From sequence record OZ346212.1: a stretch of DNA of 64,000 nucleotides. One strand, given 5' to 3'. Source of the stretch: a phage. Each line of letters begins with the position of its first letter. Positions within the stretch are counted from its first letter, which is position 1. Position numbers and translations under genes: made by a program. Shown here piece by piece: positions 60,540-64,000 of this stretch. The notes beneath the pieces are model-generated. The model was not told where the DNA came from. It made no database searches and saw nothing but the letters and a program-made list of their open reading frames with translations.

Positions 60540-60794
60540 CTACCGCTCTACAATCTCTACGTCTGTTCCTACACCGAAGGCATAGTAATGTTCTTCCCCA
60601 AAGTAATACTTGGGGACACCCGCTTTGATCAGATCTAACCCGCGAATAAATACCACACCGTGTGATACAGTGGAATGCTTCTGACGCACAGGATCGTTGT
60701 CAGGCAACCATTCAAAGTACACCGCAGGTACAACCTTTCCCTTCAGGAAGGATTGTCCCAAGTAGACGTTAGAATCAAGAATTTTAACCTTCAT
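60540..60794 (-). CDS. small protein, family C paralog (84 aa)
   Basis: SD GGAGGAC; MKVKILDSNVYLGQSFLKGKVV aligns with MMKVKVLDSSFYIGQEPLVGKVF of 60784..61011. Confidence 0.65.
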   Translation of the reverse strand: MKVKILDSNVYLGQSFLKGKVVPAVYFEWLPDNDPVRQKHSTVSHGVVFIRGLDLIKAGVPKYYFGEEHYYAFGVGTDVEIVER

Positions 60795-61011
60795 TCTCGT
60801 CCTCCACTATCTCTGCATCCTCACCAAGGGCAAAGTTGTAGGTCCACTGGCTGTCAAAGCAGTCCTGAGATGCACCAGCGGCAATAAGATCTGCACCTTT
60901 TATTTTTAAAAGGTCAGGATAATCTTCGTTAGGGATAGCGGTAAACACTTTCCCCACTAAGGGCTCCTGACCAATATAGAAGCTTGAATCTAAAACTTTA
61001 ACTTTCATCAA
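60784..61011 (-). CDS. small protein, family C paralog (75 aa)
   Basis: SD GAGGGAG; overlaps downstream gene start by 11 nt. Confidence 0.65.
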   Translation of the reverse strand: MMKVKVLDSSFYIGQEPLVGKVFTAIPNEDYPDLLKIKGADLIAAGASQDCFDSQWTYNFALGEDAEIVEDENEG

Positions 61012-61295
61012 CGGTCTCCCTCAGGCGGTTGTGGGACGTAAACACTGTTACGAATATCGTCAGCAGTGTAGTAATAAGTGGTTCCAACCCTATCTCGGGC
61101 TGCAATGTACTCTGCTATACCAACAAGTGCCATTGATTTGGTGGCGTATCTTCCCCACTCGTTAGCTCCCCAGTAGAATTTAGACCAGTAGGGAATAAGA
61201 CCGAACAAATATACCTTTTGACGAACTTCCCAGTAAGTGCCTTTTCCGACAAGTTTAAACTCTACTTCACTACTGTTAATCTTTTTCATTATCAA
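61008..61295 (-). CDS. hypothetical Trp/Tyr-rich small protein (95 aa)
   Basis: SD GAGGGAG; start overlaps stop of upstream gene. Confidence 0.6.
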   Translation of the reverse strand: MIMKKINSSEVEFKLVGKGTYWEVRQKVYLFGLIPYWSKFYWGANEWGRYATKSMALVGIAEYIAARDRVGTTYYYTADDIRNSVYVPQPPEGDR

Positions 61296-61588
61296 TCTCC
61301 CTCTACCGTGGTCGGATTGTCAGTAAGAAATTGAGCATTGGCTGGAGGCACGCCTGACATTTTCCACACAACCATAAGTTTATAACCAGGCACTCTATTA
61401 AGTGCAGATCGAGTAGAGTTTGTGCACGTATACTTTCGCTTTCCAAACCCGTTCTCCATCATAATCCAGTACCCAGTATCTTTGTCACCAGGTATCGGTA
61501 GACCACCTTCATCAACCCACTGAATTGACCACGGCACGATGGCTACAGCTTTATATTTAAACTTTTTAAACCACTCAAAAAGTTTCAT
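61292..61588 (-). CDS. hypothetical small protein (98 aa)
   Basis: ORF coupled to downstream gene. Confidence 0.6.
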   Translation of the reverse strand: MKLFEWFKKFKYKAVAIVPWSIQWVDEGGLPIPGDKDTGYWIMMENGFGKRKYTCTNSTRSALNRVPGYKLMVVWKMSGVPPANAQFLTDNPTTVEGD

Positions 61589-61888
61589 AATTCAGCCCCG
61601 CATAGACATAATCACTATAAATAGGCAAACAATGAATCCGAATGCCACGCCACCCATAAACGTTAATATTGATGCAATCATAGTCAATCAGCCTCGCCTG
61701 GCAACTCTTCTACCTTAACATGCCGAAAAGTGTTACCGTAATGGTTGATCCATGACATCAGCTCACTTTCTTGCTCTTCCTCTGGGATGAACTCTCGAAT
61801 ACTGACAAGTTTTAAGAAAACCTAATCACAATCTGCACCCATTCTACCAGACAGACAATAGTGCTTCATAAAAACCCTCCCGCCCGGT

Positions 61889-62083
61889 TTAGAATATTGC
61901 TTCTTCCATTGCGCCTGAGAGCAACAAAGAGGTGATCTGGCTAACATTCATCTCAGACTCTACTTCCTCCCCTTTGAAAGGTTCGCGGCAGAATAGGACT
62001 GTTTCAGGACTTTTACTTCGAACAATATAATACAAATCATTCAATGTGTTGTAGTAATAAGTGTTAAAACGTAAGTTTTTCAT
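61889..62083 (-). CDS. hypothetical small protein (64 aa)
   Basis: SD AAGAGGA; followed by a weak hairpin and about 200 nt with no credible ORF. Confidence 0.55.
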   Translation of the reverse strand: MKNLRFNTYYYNTLNDLYYIVRSKSPETVLFCREPFKGEEVESEMNVSQITSLLLSGAMEEAIF

Positions 62084-62367
62084 TTTCTAGTCCTCTTCTT
62101 AGATTTTTGGGGAGAAACGCTTTCTGCAATACGAGACAGACGTTCTTCTGAAGCCTTACCTACTCCAGGTTTTTTGAGTGGATTATCTTTATGACCACAA
62201 TCCAACTGGATATTGGATACCTCTCCAACTTTGTAAGTCAATTCTAGCAAAAGGTTGTCGTCCTTGTCAAATGTTTTTACGATAAATTTTTTATCGTTCT
62301 CCTGAACTTCATATCTGGTACCTGCAGTATACAGCATGGTGCCATCAGCATAGGATATCCAGATCAT
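62080..62367 (-). CDS. hypothetical basic small protein (95 aa)
   Basis: SD AAGGAGG; coupled. Confidence 0.6.
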   Translation of the reverse strand: MIWISYADGTMLYTAGTRYEVQENDKKFIVKTFDKDDNLLLELTYKVGEVSNIQLDCGHKDNPLKKPGVGKASEERLSRIAESVSPQKSKKRTRK

Positions 62368-62711
62368 TGAGCCTCCTTTTGCTGCAACAGCATTAACTCT
62401 TTGTTAGAGATCTTTACTGCTGTTTTTATTGTTCCATCTTCACGAAACCACGACCAGAACTCTACAGTGTCACCACTATCAAGTAAAGCATGCCCATGGT
62501 AAAAATCTTTGTCCTTAGACAGTTTCTCATCTATATCTGCATCAACACATTCGTGATCCAGAGCATTTTGCCTGAACGCATCGGTTATGCCAATGCACGC
62601 CTTGCTCTCAAGACTGGTATATCCGATATCTTTTAATTCAGTTTCCCAAGTCCAGTACCCTATAAAAGCTAAAACAGCTACCCACAGTAATAACGTTTTA
62701 ATCTTTGGCAT
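62364..62711 (-). CDS. hypothetical exported/membrane-anchored protein (115 aa)
   Basis: SD AAGAGG; N-terminal hydrophobic segment TLLLWVAVLAFIGYWTW. Confidence 0.6.
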   Translation of the reverse strand: MPKIKTLLLWVAVLAFIGYWTWETELKDIGYTSLESKACIGITDAFRQNALDHECVDADIDEKLSKDKDFYHGHALLDSGDTVEFWSWFREDGTIKTAVKISNKELMLLQQKEAQ

Positions 62712-62773
62712 TCTCTCTACCTCTTTCTTAGTTTATTTCACTATGGCACATCCTTTGTGCCATATCTCAACTA

Positions 62774-63238
62774 CTACTTAAATAGTAGTTCAAAATAGTG
62801 CAAAATTAACAGAAGTTGAACTACACCTAGTGCAACGGCGAGTATGTTAATCTTAGAATCGAAAAACTTCTTAACTTTTACTCTAAAAGGTTCCTTAATG
62901 TCCTTTACGATCCTATCTATAGATGACCTCATATCTCTGATTACCATCCTGAACATTAAAGACGGATGCTCCCCCATCTCCGTAACGGAATCGAAAACAT
63001 ACTCTCTTCGGTCATAAGGGCCGCCAGCTCTGCGTATTAACCTCTCCACAGAGACCTCGAACGTCACACCTGTAACGTAATCATCTATAACAAGTCGTGA
63101 CGGGTCTTTACCTTTACTATCAAGAGGTATCAAAGTTATCTTTCCAGATTTTGTTAAAATTTCCCCTTTTTCAAGCAAGGTGTACCAATGCTCTCTGCCA
63201 AGACTGTTGAGGCACGTTTTTACATATTTAACAAACAT
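62774..63238 (-). CDS. hypothetical protein with C-terminal transmembrane helix (154 aa)
   Basis: ATG 63238 with SD GAGGGGTGA preferred over GTG 63244; C-terminus ILAVALGVVQLLLILHYF. Confidence 0.55.
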   Translation of the reverse strand: MFVKYVKTCLNSLGREHWYTLLEKGEILTKSGKITLIPLDSKGKDPSRLVIDDYVTGVTFEVSVERLIRRAGGPYDRREYVFDSVTEMGEHPSLMFRMVIRDMRSSIDRIVKDIKEPFRVKVKKFFDSKINILAVALGVVQLLLILHYFELLFK

Positions 63239-63240
63239 CG

Positions 63241-63426
63241 TCACCCCTCATCGCACGTCTGATATAACCACTCTATAAAATCTTGATACCATTCGCCCTC
63301 TGAGCGCTCCGTAGGCCAATAATCTTCACCCTCTCGTGCATTAAAATCTGAGTATTCAACTTTCCACTCCTTTACCAGCTCGTGGAGAAGGTTTTCAGCC
63401 TGCTCTAAAGATTTATTTTTTACCAT
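63241..63426 (-). CDS. hypothetical acidic small protein (61 aa)
   Basis: ATG 63426 with SD AAGGAG preferred over TTG 63444. Confidence 0.55.
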   Translation of the reverse strand: MVKNKSLEQAENLLHELVKEWKVEYSDFNAREGEDYWPTERSEGEWYQDFIEWLYQTCDEG

Positions 63427-63509
63427 TGCTGTCTCCTTTTTCAAGATAGTTATACATCAGAACTGCACCACCTAAGATGGCTACCAGTAACAATATCCCA
63501 GATAGCATC

Positions 63510-63662
63510 TCAATAAACATGGCTTGAAACACTGGAAGGTCTCCCTAAATTAACGCACCATTTTAAATACATGCTCTTTTCCCATAAAGGTGCCTGGCTA
63601 AGATCTGCGTAGAACGCAATCTCTTTAAGAACAGTATAGATAGTTTTAGGTGCGGTCTCCAT
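63510..63662 (-). CDS. hypothetical small protein (50 aa; start uncertain)
   Basis: Internal ATG of track ORF 63510..63698 with SD AAGGAG; a competing 35-aa hydrophobic ORF overlaps in another frame. Confidence 0.35.
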   Translation of the reverse strand: METAPKTIYTVLKEIAFYADLSQAPLWEKSMYLKWCVNLGRPSSVSSHVY

Positions 63663-63873
63663 CCCTACTCTCCTTCCTGATATTCTTGTAGTAATCAACT
63701 AGGCACATTATTACGATGAAGATAACAACAGGCCAAAAAGGTGCAGCAGTGATGATGGTGATAAAATCATCAAACTTCACCCTTCGTCTGGACACGATGC
63801 ATACACCTGTCAAGAATACCGCTGTTATAACGGACATTACCAGGTAACCTATTAGCACAACATTTATACTCAT
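63646..63873 (-). CDS. hypothetical small membrane protein with two transmembrane helices (75 aa)
   Basis: SD GGGAGG; hydrophobic helices VVLIGYLVMSVITAVFLTGVCIV and PVVIFIVIMCLV. Confidence 0.6.
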   Translation of the reverse strand: MSINVVLIGYLVMSVITAVFLTGVCIVSRRRVKFDDFITIITAAPFWPVVIFIVIMCLVDYYKNIRKESRDGDRT

Positions 63874-63903
63874 TGGTCCTCCCTTTGTAGGTTAAATTGT
63901 ATA

Positions 63904-64000
63904 CTACAAATGGTCGCTGAGGGTGTCAAGAAAATTATCCCGTTCTTTCTCAGAGTTTTCATGTGTGTAGCTGAAAAACATATCGAGAATAACCTTATTG
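63904..64000 (-). CDS. 3' end of a - strand gene whose start lies beyond the window end
   Basis: Frame open from the window edge to TAG at 63904..63906; no RBS before the internal ATG at 63981. Confidence 0.3.
   Translation of the reverse strand, partial: NKVILDMFFSYTHENSEKERDNFLDTLSDHL

Noticed and set aside
1-64000. Search for CRISPR arrays, tRNA and rRNA genes
   Set aside because: No direct-repeat/spacer arrays and no tRNA-like T-loop or rRNA-like segments seen in the noncoding regions by eye; absence is not proven without tRNAscan or covariance models.

Overview
This window is a densely coded tailed-phage (Caudoviricetes) genome segment, probably from a phage of an enterobacterial host: many intergenic regions carry near-consensus sigma70 promoters (TTGACA-N16/17-TATAAT) and the SSB ends in the E. 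coli SSB tip DDDIPF. All calls are from reading the sequence and the supplied ORF track; no database search was run. Layout: (1) 1-13.9 kb, + strand, late/structural module: baseplate-distal proteins, two paralogous receptor-binding tail fibers each followed by an accessory gene (one a Tfa-type chaperone), another tail fiber, and a 1878-aa multi-domain fiber/adhesin. (2) 14-21 kb, - strand: small genes including a HAD-type phosphatase, a four-gene tandem paralog array and a metallopeptidase-VWA protein. (3) 21-53 kb, + strand, replication/early module: MoxR-like AAA ATPase, SleB-like cell-wall hydrolase, small GHKL-fold ATPase, Dda/Pif1-like helicase, N6/N4 DNA methyltransferase, C5-methyltransferase-like protein, T7-type primase-helicase, family A DNA polymerase interrupted by a group I intron carrying an HNH homing endonuclease, SSB, macro-domain protein, then a hyperplastic region of small ORFs with individual sigma70-type promoters, several inside a repeated promoter-stem-loop cassette. 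(4) about 0.9 kb of repeat-rich convergent intergenic DNA (52.95-53.9 kb) and a second repeat-rich noncoding region (45.1-46.3 kb). (5) 54-64 kb, - strand: tightly coupled small genes with several paralog families, a ribosome hibernation factor (HPF/RaiA) homolog and one disrupted gene. No rRNA, tRNA or CRISPR array was recognised. Gene starts were adjusted from the ORF track where RBS or promoter position argued for it. I could not single out one definitive novel system; the strongest candidates are listed in the findings.
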